DNA of 64,000 nucleotides from a virus: IMG/VR virus record IMGVR_UViG_3300027736_000027, positions 46,951 to 110,950 of that record; one strand, 5' to 3'. Shown piece by piece: positions 18,086 to 27,068 of this stretch (position 1 is its first letter; each line of letters starts with the position of its first letter). The notes under the pieces were generated by a model. It saw only the letters and a program-made list of their open reading frames with translations, ran no database searches and was not told where the DNA came from. The position numbers and the translations under genes were made by a program.

Positions 18086-20427
18086 CTACGTGTTATTAAT
18101 TTTCCAATTTTAAAAAAAGATTCGTCTACATTAAGATTTCCAAGGCCCAATGAATCTGGAACAGTTCCGTTTTTCCAATGAGTAAGAGTTTCGGCCTTAA
18201 GGCTTTCTTTTTTGTCTGGACTTAATGATCCACTTTCTACTAATTCATTAAGCGTTTTATCTAAATTAGATTTACCGGTTTCATTAATTAATATTGATCC
18301 AGTTTTTTCATGATATACATCAGCCAAATACGCTACATGATTAGGATCAGATGCGGATATTGGGTGCTGAGGATCAATATTGGTATCTTCTCCAAGTAGA
18401 GCAAGGATTGATTTATTATATTTAATTAGCCCTGAATTTTCAAAATCCTCTGGTGTAATTAAATTAGTTACAACCTTGCCTTCTTTATATGCATGATGCC
18501 ATTTTATAATATTACCAGCCTCAGCCTCAGCTACAGTACTATCAAATTGGCAAGCGTTAGGGTTAGTTTCTCTAATTACTTTTATCTTACTGGATTTAGC
18601 CTCAGCCATTTTATCAGATAATATCTGATATTCTTTAGGATTACTGGTTTTAAATTGTTCAAGATCAGCTGCACTTATTCCAGAAATAGGATCAGATTCT
18701 TCATATACTGCAATTTTAGATAATAGTTCATTCATTGAACTAATAAGAGTACCTGCTGCCGTATCCGATACAGTTGATAAGATTTTATCCGGGCCTCTAT
18801 TTATTATGTCCTGCACACATTTACCCTTGATACACTGTTTTAAAATAAATCCAATAAGGGCTTTTAGGGTAACACTACGATGGGCTAATCCTCCAGTTAA
18901 TTTAGCAAGAGTTTTTTGAATAGACCTTAGATTTTTAGTTCCAGAAATTAGGGCCTCAGGTGCCTCTTTAAATATAGATAAAGTGGCTGCAACCCTAGGT
19001 TGAGTTGCAATAATCTGTTCCATAATTTTAGGATTGGTAGTCATTTCACCAAATAATTTAGAAACAACGGCAGCATCCCCGGTTTTAATTGCATTGACTA
19101 GAGCAGCTTCACCCGGTTTCCATCCCATTTTTACAAGTTCACTAGATATTTTGGTCTCTTTCATTAAATTTACAATTGAAGTTGCTGATTTAGTATTAAG
19201 AACGCTGCCTATTAACTTTTCAGTCGCTGCAGATTTAAGATAAAGCTCTTCAATTGATGCGCTTGGCTTTGTTAACATAAATGATTTATATTCAGCAGAT
19301 TTCATAATATCTGCCTCAATTTTTGTGCTTAATCCTTCAAGATTACCAAGAGCCTTTGATGTTTTAACTTCAATGTCAGCAGCGACTGTTGCATCTTTAC
19401 CTGCAGCAAGAGCTGCATCCTTTGCTAAGGTTGAACCAGCAGCGGCCGTGCGTTCAGCACCAGCAAGTAATTGGGCATCTTGTTTTAGTAAAAGTTCACC
19501 AGCTTCAGTTGCAGCTTTTCCAGCAGAGCTTGCTTTAATAACAAGTTCATCAATAAATTTAGTTGCAGGTAGTATTTTAGCTAAATCAATTAAACCAAAT
19601 GATCCAAGCTTAACTGCCTTAGATATAATTGAAATTAATGTTTTAATTATTTTTAGGCCAGTAGTAAGAAGAAATGTTCCAAATCCTTTTAACATGTCGC
19701 CAAATTTTGGAATAATACCAGTGGCCGCTCCTTTATCAATAGCAAGTGCACCGGCCTTAAAGTCCATTGCTCCAGCCCTTAAGGCTGCTGACTCTGATCC
19801 TTTCCATATTAGACCAATTAACTTTTCTCCACCTACCATAAACGGTTTAAATAGAGTTTTAAAACCAGCTAAAATTGGGCCAGCAAATGCCAATGCAACA
19901 TTCATAAAACCTAGTAAATAACTTGGATTAGGCTGTATAAAATAAATTAGTGCATTTAATAAGTTTGCCGCAACATCGCTAGGAAAACCAATCCATGAGC
20001 CTGGAATAATTCCAATAATATCTAATACAAAGTGTAATATACCAAGCGGCGTGCCGCCTTCTGTCATTGTAGATAAAAAGCTTTTAACCGTAGAGGCAAG
20101 GCTTTCATTTAAAGATTCAAGTGATTCAAGAGTTTCTAAATATGCTCCTTCGAGTGTTAACGAAACTGGATTATAGCCATATCGGTTTAGTAAGCTTTCA
20201 TTTCTATTAATATCTGAAATGCTATCAAAATTTTCTAATAGGTATATTTGGTGAGATGTTATTGCCTGGGCCTCCTGTTTAGAAATTTCCCTGGCAGGTT
20301 CAAAGGTAAGAGTACTGATATATTTCCAATTCTCAATCGGAACAGCTGATATTGATTCCCTAAGTTCAATTAATTTAGGATTATTATGAAGTTCAAAAAA
20401 TTCGGTCGGTGATGTTATAAATTTCAT
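18082..20427 (-). CDS. Large putative ejection/virion protein with a pre-toxin-like hydrophobic domain
   Basis: ILHFVLDIIGIIPG...DVAANLLNALIYF resembles polymorphic-toxin pre-toxin helices; several LxE sites near the N-terminus. Confidence 0.5.
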   Translation of the reverse strand: MKFITSPTEFFELHNNPKLIELRESISAVPIENWKYISTLTFEPAREISKQEAQAITSHQIYLLENFDSISDINRNESLLNRYGYNPVSLTLEGAYLETLESLESLNESLASTVKSFLSTMTEGGTPLGILHFVLDIIGIIPGSWIGFPSDVAANLLNALIYFIQPNPSYLLGFMNVALAFAGPILAGFKTLFKPFMVGGEKLIGLIWKGSESAALRAGAMDFKAGALAIDKGAATGIIPKFGDMLKGFGTFLLTTGLKIIKTLISIISKAVKLGSFGLIDLAKILPATKFIDELVIKASSAGKAATEAGELLLKQDAQLLAGAERTAAAGSTLAKDAALAAGKDATVAADIEVKTSKALGNLEGLSTKIEADIMKSAEYKSFMLTKPSASIEELYLKSAATEKLIGSVLNTKSATSIVNLMKETKISSELVKMGWKPGEAALVNAIKTGDAAVVSKLFGEMTTNPKIMEQIIATQPRVAATLSIFKEAPEALISGTKNLRSIQKTLAKLTGGLAHRSVTLKALIGFILKQCIKGKCVQDIINRGPDKILSTVSDTAAGTLISSMNELLSKIAVYEESDPISGISAADLEQFKTSNPKEYQILSDKMAEAKSSKIKVIRETNPNACQFDSTVAEAEAGNIIKWHHAYKEGKVVTNLITPEDFENSGLIKYNKSILALLGEDTNIDPQHPISASDPNHVAYLADVYHEKTGSILINETGKSNLDKTLNELVESGSLSPDKKESLKAETLTHWKNGTVPDSLGLGNLNVDESFFKIGKLITRR

Positions 20428-20468
20428 TAATCATTAATACTTTTTATTATTTATTAGTGAAATATTAA

Positions 20469-21533
20469 TTAAAGTGAATCTGCTATTTGGCTAAGTATTT
20501 TAAAATAGTCAGCCCCGGAACAGTCTTTTAAGAATTTACAAATTTCTTCAAATTCAGATACCGTATGGAAGGTTAGCGCAGGCTGGCTTCCAACCTTATA
20601 TGAAATTGGGACAGTTCCGAATATAATAGATTCGTATACTCTGGCTGGAATAAAACCTTCTTTTAAATAGAGATCTTTACTTACATTTACCGAAACCAGC
20701 GAATTTTCAAGAGCAGTCCAAATATCTTTACGGTTCTCTCTAGGACATAACTTAACTGACCTAGTTGAATTAATCCATTGCTCAAGTTCAGGAGTTGACT
20801 TTGCAGCAACAGTCATTTTAAAAGAGTCACCACTAAATAGTGTCATATGGTCTACATTATTAATAATATCATTAATAATTGTATTTTTACTGTGGCCAGA
20901 TTTATAATTTTCAAATGATAAATTTCCATAGTATATAAGATTTGCTGGCTTGGTTGTACTCGACTTTTGATGTAAATCCATGCAACTTTTCAAAAATGAT
21001 TTGCCTATTCCAGGTATTGTAATTGATGGAATTTCTCTAGTGATTCCTAATTCAGCAAGTCTGGCAATAAAAGATTCACTAAGCGAAAGATCTGTATCTA
21101 AAACTACAATATCTTTTGGGTCATAACCTGCAATAATTGCAACTTCAATAATTTTTTCAAATTTTGAAGCATCCGTTAATTTTTTTTCAAGAGTTGATAA
21201 ATTACGAAATCTGGCTTTTAGAAATAACTTTGAATAGCTCTTATCCTCAATATTAGAAATAACTCGATTAAAGCCTATTCGGTAATGATCAATTAATTTT
21301 TTGCTATAGGTATGAAATATTGAACCTAATTTACCATCTCCGAAAATTGGAACCATATCAACTGGCGGAGCATCATCTATATAGTTTAAAAAATCAAATC
21401 GGCTAACTCCATATTTTTCAGAAATAGAGTCAAGTAAACCTAATTGATAAAATGTATGGCCTGGAATATTTCCACTAAATAAACCTAATTCTCCGAAATA
21501 AGCATATAAAGATTTAGATTCAGTAGTTTGCAT
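20469..21533 (-). CDS. GT-B glycosyltransferase resembling T4 DNA beta-glucosyltransferase
   Basis: IVVLDTDLSL, NLIYYG and LYLKEGFIPARVYES correspond to T4 BGT IYYLFTDIRL, DVIYGG and YNDNFITLRVWET (from memory). Confidence 0.6.
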   Translation of the reverse strand: MQTTESKSLYAYFGELGLFSGNIPGHTFYQLGLLDSISEKYGVSRFDFLNYIDDAPPVDMVPIFGDGKLGSIFHTYSKKLIDHYRIGFNRVISNIEDKSYSKLFLKARFRNLSTLEKKLTDASKFEKIIEVAIIAGYDPKDIVVLDTDLSLSESFIARLAELGITREIPSITIPGIGKSFLKSCMDLHQKSSTTKPANLIYYGNLSFENYKSGHSKNTIINDIINNVDHMTLFSGDSFKMTVAAKSTPELEQWINSTRSVKLCPRENRKDIWTALENSLVSVNVSKDLYLKEGFIPARVYESIIFGTVPISYKVGSQPALTFHTVSEFEEICKFLKDCSGADYFKILSQIADSL

Positions 21534-21556
21534 ATCTAGTTATACTATTTAGATAA

Positions 21557-21739
21557 TTAAGTTTTATTTAATATATTATAAAGTTCGCAGTCTGCTGAAT
21601 AAAGAGCCTCGGCGATTTTTTGCATCTGCTTGCCAGTAACAATATATTCAGATTTTTCAAATCCAACATAGACTGGGCAAGTTTCACCAATTGACTCCAT
21701 AATTTCTCTAGCCTCTTCAATTACTTTTAATACTTCCAT
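21557..21739 (-). CDS. Hypothetical protein
   Basis: 60-aa ORF abutting the upstream stop. Confidence 0.55.
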   Translation of the reverse strand: MEVLKVIEEAREIMESIGETCPVYVGFEKSEYIVTGKQMQKIAEALYSADCELYNILNKT

Positions 21740-22540
21740 TTACACATTTTTAAATCCAGCAAAGTGAGTTATGAAATGCTTACTTGTTCCAGCATTTCGG
21801 TTTACAAAGATACGATCAAAGTTATTTTCCATAATTGACATTACTTCATTAAACTTTTGAGTGCGATTTTCAAGTAGCCAACTATAATGAAAATGATATT
21901 CTACAATAAATAATTTTATTTTACTCCAGTCAGTAATTGACCTAATCATTTCATATTCTAAACCTTCAATATCCATCTTTACACAATTAACCTTTTTAAG
22001 AACTTCATTAATGTTCTCAGCAGGCACGGTCATTACTTTTCTACCTTTTACTGGATGAACTGAGTGTTTACCTGAATCCTGAGAAAGAAAAAAGTCTACT
22101 GAGGTTTCATCACCTGGTACAACTGCCTTTTCAATAATTTCGCAACGATCTTGTACACCATTCATTTCAATATTCTGTTGAGCAAATTCTACATTATTAT
22201 GGAATGGCTCATATGAATAAACTTTTTTAATTTTAGGAAATTGGGTAAGTAGTCGGGTTGCAAATATACCAATATGGGCACCGGCGTCTAACCAAGTATC
22301 TTCTTGATTAAGATCGTCAAGGCTTAATGGATTACCGTCCTGTGCATAGTGAGGTAAAAATAATGGTTTAAAATACTCTCCACCAGTTGGCTTCATTGAG
22401 ATATTTTGAGAAACATTGAATTTGATCTCTTCTTCTGACCTAACCAGAAATTTATATTCGTGATATTTAGTCTTTTTTTCAAAGACTTGAAGAGTTCCAG
22501 CTTCTCTAGCTTCCTCAATTGAGCATAATACGTCTGCCAT
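21740..22540 (-). CDS. FkbM-family SAM-dependent methyltransferase
   Basis: LDAGAHIG, YSYEP and VKMDIEGLE. Confidence 0.85.
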   Translation of the reverse strand: MADVLCSIEEAREAGTLQVFEKKTKYHEYKFLVRSEEEIKFNVSQNISMKPTGGEYFKPLFLPHYAQDGNPLSLDDLNQEDTWLDAGAHIGIFATRLLTQFPKIKKVYSYEPFHNNVEFAQQNIEMNGVQDRCEIIEKAVVPGDETSVDFFLSQDSGKHSVHPVKGRKVMTVPAENINEVLKKVNCVKMDIEGLEYEMIRSITDWSKIKLFIVEYHFHYSWLLENRTQKFNEVMSIMENNFDRIFVNRNAGTSKHFITHFAGFKNV

Positions 22541-22572
22541 TTTTCTATAATGTTTAGACTATTATACTATAA

Positions 22573-22878
22573 TTACTTGTCTTGGTTTAAATCAAATGGA
22601 GTATCTTTAATTGAAAGTTCATCCGTTTTATCTGGATTAATTCCAGATATTTGATAGTCATTATCCTTGGGTTTTTCTAAACTTTCAATATCTGATGATT
22701 TAACTCGGATTGACCGGTTATCTGAAGTCATTAGTAGATAGGTTCCACTAACTGCATCTATTCCAATAATTGTACCTGAAGTATCATCGTTTAGCACAAC
22801 CCGTTTTCCAACACTATATTTTGCAGTTTTTGGAGAAACTAGAGTAATCGACTCAGCTTCGTTTATGCTTTTTTTTTC
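22573..22878 (-). CDS. SH3-like domain segment, probably a -1 frameshift extension of the upstream 512-aa protein
   Basis: The -1 frame is open from the A9 run: EKKSINEAESITLVSPKTAKYSVGKRVVLNDD...; no ATG; the listed GTG start falls inside the apparent domain. Confidence 0.5.
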   Translation of the reverse strand, partial: EKKSINEAESITLVSPKTAKYSVGKRVVLNDDTSGTIIGIDAVSGTYLLMTSDNRSIRVKSSDIESLEKPKDNDYQISGINPDKTDELSIKDTPFDLNQDK

Positions 22879-24401
22879 GATTGATCTAATTGAATATAGT
22901 GATTCTTAAGAGAGTTTACGTTCTTTTCAATTGAAACTTTAAGATCCGATAATTGAGTTTGATACTCTTCAGATAAAGTAGAATCAGTTAAGGCTTCTTC
23001 TAATTTAGAAATTGACAATTCCAGTTTAGATAAGTCTGACTCAATTACCTTTTTATCTTCTTCAAGTTCACGAAGTTTAAATTCATTATCTTCTAACTCA
23101 ATTGAATATAGTTCACTAACATCATATTTAAAATTTTCCATTACATAATTATGAAATTGTAAACCGTCCATTTTCTTAATAAGTCTGGTTTGACCTAACT
23201 TTTCAAAGATATAAAGAGTTTCTCCAAGCGTAAATACCAATGAGTCTTTATCTAATCTTTCATTTACAATTTTCTTAGCAAATTCCAAATTAACAATAGT
23301 GTCTAATGAATTAAATATCTTTGTTAATTTAGAACGAGTTTCAAACTGTTCCATAACAAATAATTCAGACAAGTTCATTTTAGTTAAGTCTTCAACTATA
23401 TTATTATTAACAAATAGGGTTAAGTTACCATTTTCATTTATTGAAAACTTAATTTGTAAATTTCTACCGTTTGTAACAATTGAATTATCTTGCTCCTGAA
23501 AATTTAAACCTGCAAAAGCTTCGCAAACTTCAATAAATTCTGGAAATTCAGCAAGGTCTGAAATTTCGACCTGTTTAGGGATAGCCTCTTCAGTTAATTT
23601 AATAAACTTATTATCTACAAAAACAACTGCTGCTGACTCTGATATTTTACAGAATGGGGCAATAATTGAATTAACCTTTGCGTCTCCATTTCCTAGTCCA
23701 ATATTAAATCTACCTGATAACTTAGACTCAACCATACTTAGGGTATTAATAAGTCTATTTACAATAGGTAGTGTAGATTTTCCACGCATTTTCATCTTAA
23801 GCGTATCTGCACTATATGAATTTTCTAATAATGAATTTTCAAGTTCTGCAATAGACTCACTATAAATCATTGAACTCGTTTGTCTCATTTCGAATATTGC
23901 ATTGATTACCTCTAATTTTGCACGATTTTTATTTACATAATTTGCTAATTTAGAAATAGTCTCTGCAACTGATTTGTCATATGCATACGGTGTTAATGCT
24001 TCAGAAATAACTCCAATTAGTCTAAACTCTGGAATACCCGCTAACTTTTCTTCAATTTTAGAAATTGTATATTTAAAAGTTGGATCTCCATACATCGCTG
24101 ACTCTTTTAAGGCCTTAATCTTTAATGATATGCCGGCCTCTTTTGCCATGTTTTGAAGTCTCTGCGTAGGTTTTACTGCCATTTTTTTAAATTTAGCAAC
24201 GACCTCTTTTAAGTTTTCATTAACTGTGGCCTGAGCTAACTGGTCAAGTGTAGAAAGTGCATTTTCCAATACATCAGAAGAAGCGACTCCTAATAGTACT
24301 GAATTATTAATTGACTCTAATACCACCTTTACGACAATACTATCTTTGATTTGAGTATTTGATTTTAACTCTGTTGTTAATTCTTGTATGAGACTGTTCA
24401 T
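22863..24401 (-). CDS. Coiled-coil-rich putative head core/scaffold-like protein
   Basis: Many LxE/IxE sites, a C-terminal heptad coiled coil and late-like promoter motifs upstream. Confidence 0.55.
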   Translation of the reverse strand: MNSLIQELTTELKSNTQIKDSIVVKVVLESINNSVLLGVASSDVLENALSTLDQLAQATVNENLKEVVAKFKKMAVKPTQRLQNMAKEAGISLKIKALKESAMYGDPTFKYTISKIEEKLAGIPEFRLIGVISEALTPYAYDKSVAETISKLANYVNKNRAKLEVINAIFEMRQTSSMIYSESIAELENSLLENSYSADTLKMKMRGKSTLPIVNRLINTLSMVESKLSGRFNIGLGNGDAKVNSIIAPFCKISESAAVVFVDNKFIKLTEEAIPKQVEISDLAEFPEFIEVCEAFAGLNFQEQDNSIVTNGRNLQIKFSINENGNLTLFVNNNIVEDLTKMNLSELFVMEQFETRSKLTKIFNSLDTIVNLEFAKKIVNERLDKDSLVFTLGETLYIFEKLGQTRLIKKMDGLQFHNYVMENFKYDVSELYSIELEDNEFKLRELEEDKKVIESDLSKLELSISKLEEALTDSTLSEEYQTQLSDLKVSIEKNVNSLKNHYIQLDQSKKKA

Positions 24402-24480
24402 TGAACTAGTTATCTTTTTTATTATTTATTTAATATATTCTCTAACTTTATTTATCTATGGCTTTTTATAATAATTATTA

Positions 24481-26841
24481 TTATTCAGTTATCACCAAAT
24501 AGTCTGGGCCAGTTGCAGCACCAGCCGAGCCGCCGATTGTTCTTATTGATATTCCGACTCCTGTTGGAAAAGGAATGATGTCTCCGATACCAGCTGGAAC
24601 AGTAAACGCCATGAACCCGGAACCATTTGTTGGTGGATAACTATTAGCCGGCACTAAGGTATTTCCTAATTTAATCTCAGTAATAGTTGTGTTATTTACA
24701 TTTGTAAATAAACCAATAGTTTCACCAGTTTTTGCATAGGTTATGTTTGCAACCGCCGCAATATTTGTGGTTGCGTTAGTATACCGAATAATTACAGGGA
24801 CCGGCGGTGGCGGTACAGTTGTTGTAGGCGGAGGAATTGTTGTAGGAGGAAGAATTGTGAGTCCGCCGGTATCAGCTCCTCCTACCCCAGCAGTATTATG
24901 AGTCTGCATATGCGTGGCAAGTGCAGAAGTTGCAGCTGTTTTTTCTAAAGTTAATTGACTAATTAGAAGATTTTTTTCAGTAATTTGAGCATTGGCCGCC
25001 GCTAATGAGGCTGCATTTATGGCAGCGGTGGTAGCTGCTGCAGCGGCTGATGTTGCTGCTTGATAGTCAACGGATGATAACCAGGTACCAGTATACATAA
25101 GAGTTTCAGTTAGATTTGGGTCAACCTTTGTTACCATAAAATTATGCTCTGAATTTTCTAATATTAATTTGGCTTGAATCGATGGAATTTTAAATAATAG
25201 TTGCCCATTTGCTAAATTAGACATATTAGCAATAAAAATATTTGAAAATATAAAATCAGTAGTATTGCCAAATGTTAATTTAAATATTACTCCAGTAAAT
25301 CCCGACACTAAATTTATTGGGGTGGCGGCAGTTGAAGTTCTAGCATTTGCACTATTTGAATAAATGGTTATTATTATTAAATTATCAACCGGATCAATCA
25401 CTAAAAGCCCTTCGCCCTGTCCATAAATAAGCTGAGTGCCGTCCGCTGATAGCACATTACCACTGCTTAATTTAATATTTTCCTGTTTAATAAATGGAGT
25501 AGTTGTAATTATTGCATTTGCTAATTGTACCTGTAGTGCAAGTTTATCAGCAGTTAAGTCTGAAATTGACTTAGTTAAGGCCGCAGTATTTGGAGCGCTT
25601 GTGCTTATTGATGGTGCTGATCCTGTAAAAATTGAATTTGTCTCAAAGTTTTTTTGCTCAATTTTATTGTATATTCGCATTGACTGTGGACCGTTTGGTA
25701 ATTCAATTTTTTGTAATTTTTTACCATACCGGTTTGGATTAATAATACTCATTGAGGCATTTTTTATTATTTGGTCCCCATTTTTTTTATTGATTAATCT
25801 CATAATATAGTCAATTGACATTGCTACCGCAAATCCAGCCTGTTTTAATATAGGTCGATACGTTAATGGGGTATCAAAATTAGACTCTTGATAAATCAAA
25901 GAATTTCCAGATAGCACAATATCCGAACCAATATGTTCATATATAGTTAGTTGATGTGATATTATCCATTCTTGATCCGCACCTTCCTCGTTGAGTGTTG
26001 CAATTAATGAATCTGGAAATGCTCCGTTCCATGTTGCAAAAAATTCAATATAGTCACCGTCTTCTGCCTCTGCTATATGGCAGCCTAGTGTATCAAATTT
26101 ATTAACTTGGGAAACTGAGCCTTCATAGTATTGAGTAATTTGATATTGCTCATATGTTATATTATTTGGTGCAAAGTAATCAGATTGGGTGGCCTCTGCT
26201 AAAAATACTGTAATTGGGGCATTTTTAATAAAACCAATCCCGCCAGTTATTGCATGTTCAAATGAATTAACTCCAAACTGAGTGAAGTCTGCATCGAGCC
26301 ATGGAATTGATGGAATTTTAACATCAATATACTTATCATATATAGTATTGGCTAAAAATAGGGGTCTGGTATTATAACTAAAAAGTGAGGCCGTGGTAAC
26401 TGAATTTAATATAATATTGGCTAACTGGATTTGAGTAATATTATTAAGTTTATGACGGGCTCCAACAATTATATGTTCAACGTCAGTAAAATTAAAACCT
26501 GATGCAAAATGAAATCGCATTGTGTCCATTACCATATTAATACTTAATTCACTAGAAACAGTGGTTTCTGTTATTAATGGATCAAAATCTGAATACATTG
26601 GGCTTAATGTAATATCATTATAGATTAACTTAGACCCGCCTAGCCCAATAAGACTAAAATCTCTAGTATTATGAGTCTGTGTTGAATATCCATCAGTATT
26701 ATAAATTTGGTTAATACCTAGGTGCTTATTATCGACTAAATAAAATTGCGAAGTTAATAATGGTGGACTTGGATCGCCAATCGGTGTTGACCTAAATTCA
26801 AGTACACAATAACTTGATAAATTTATAAAATTTGAAATCAT
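24481..26841 (-). CDS. Large hypothetical structural protein with a Pro/Thr linker and a C-terminal Ig/IPT-like domain
   Basis: 786-aa ORF; PPTTIPPPTTTVPPPP linker; beta-rich C-terminus. Confidence 0.6.
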   Translation of the reverse strand: MISNFINLSSYCVLEFRSTPIGDPSPPLLTSQFYLVDNKHLGINQIYNTDGYSTQTHNTRDFSLIGLGGSKLIYNDITLSPMYSDFDPLITETTVSSELSINMVMDTMRFHFASGFNFTDVEHIIVGARHKLNNITQIQLANIILNSVTTASLFSYNTRPLFLANTIYDKYIDVKIPSIPWLDADFTQFGVNSFEHAITGGIGFIKNAPITVFLAEATQSDYFAPNNITYEQYQITQYYEGSVSQVNKFDTLGCHIAEAEDGDYIEFFATWNGAFPDSLIATLNEEGADQEWIISHQLTIYEHIGSDIVLSGNSLIYQESNFDTPLTYRPILKQAGFAVAMSIDYIMRLINKKNGDQIIKNASMSIINPNRYGKKLQKIELPNGPQSMRIYNKIEQKNFETNSIFTGSAPSISTSAPNTAALTKSISDLTADKLALQVQLANAIITTTPFIKQENIKLSSGNVLSADGTQLIYGQGEGLLVIDPVDNLIIITIYSNSANARTSTAATPINLVSGFTGVIFKLTFGNTTDFIFSNIFIANMSNLANGQLLFKIPSIQAKLILENSEHNFMVTKVDPNLTETLMYTGTWLSSVDYQAATSAAAAATTAAINAASLAAANAQITEKNLLISQLTLEKTAATSALATHMQTHNTAGVGGADTGGLTILPPTTIPPPTTTVPPPPVPVIIRYTNATTNIAAVANITYAKTGETIGLFTNVNNTTITEIKLGNTLVPANSYPPTNGSGFMAFTVPAGIGDIIPFPTGVGISIRTIGGSAGAATGPDYLVITE

Positions 26842-27068
26842 GAGTTTTGTAATTCTTGTAAAATTTTATAAAAGTCAGGAACTTCTCCAGTTTCAGACTT
26901 TATTTTATCTATTAGGAGCCGTTCCGACTCTTTTACTTCAGCTAACTGTAATTCAATTGAATTTTTACTTAAATTTAGTATATGAGCCTGTTCTTCTAAT
27001 AAATTTAAAGATTGCTGAATTTTATCGTAACTTAATACAATTTTCTTTATTTGGTCTAGATATTTCAT
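26838..27068 (-). CDS. Small coiled-coil protein
   Basis: Start and stop overlap both neighbours. Confidence 0.6.
   Translation of the reverse strand: MKYLDQIKKIVLSYDKIQQSLNLLEEQAHILNLSKNSIELQLAEVKESERLLIDKIKSETGEVPDFYKILQELQNS

Noticed and set aside
13827-19921. Antisense ORFs such as 13827-14168, 14559-14831, 16320-16850 and 19034-19921 (also 25436-25810, 27594-27968, 38459-38809, 62149-63009)
   Set aside because: They lie wholly or almost wholly opposite longer, better-supported genes and carry no recognisable motifs.
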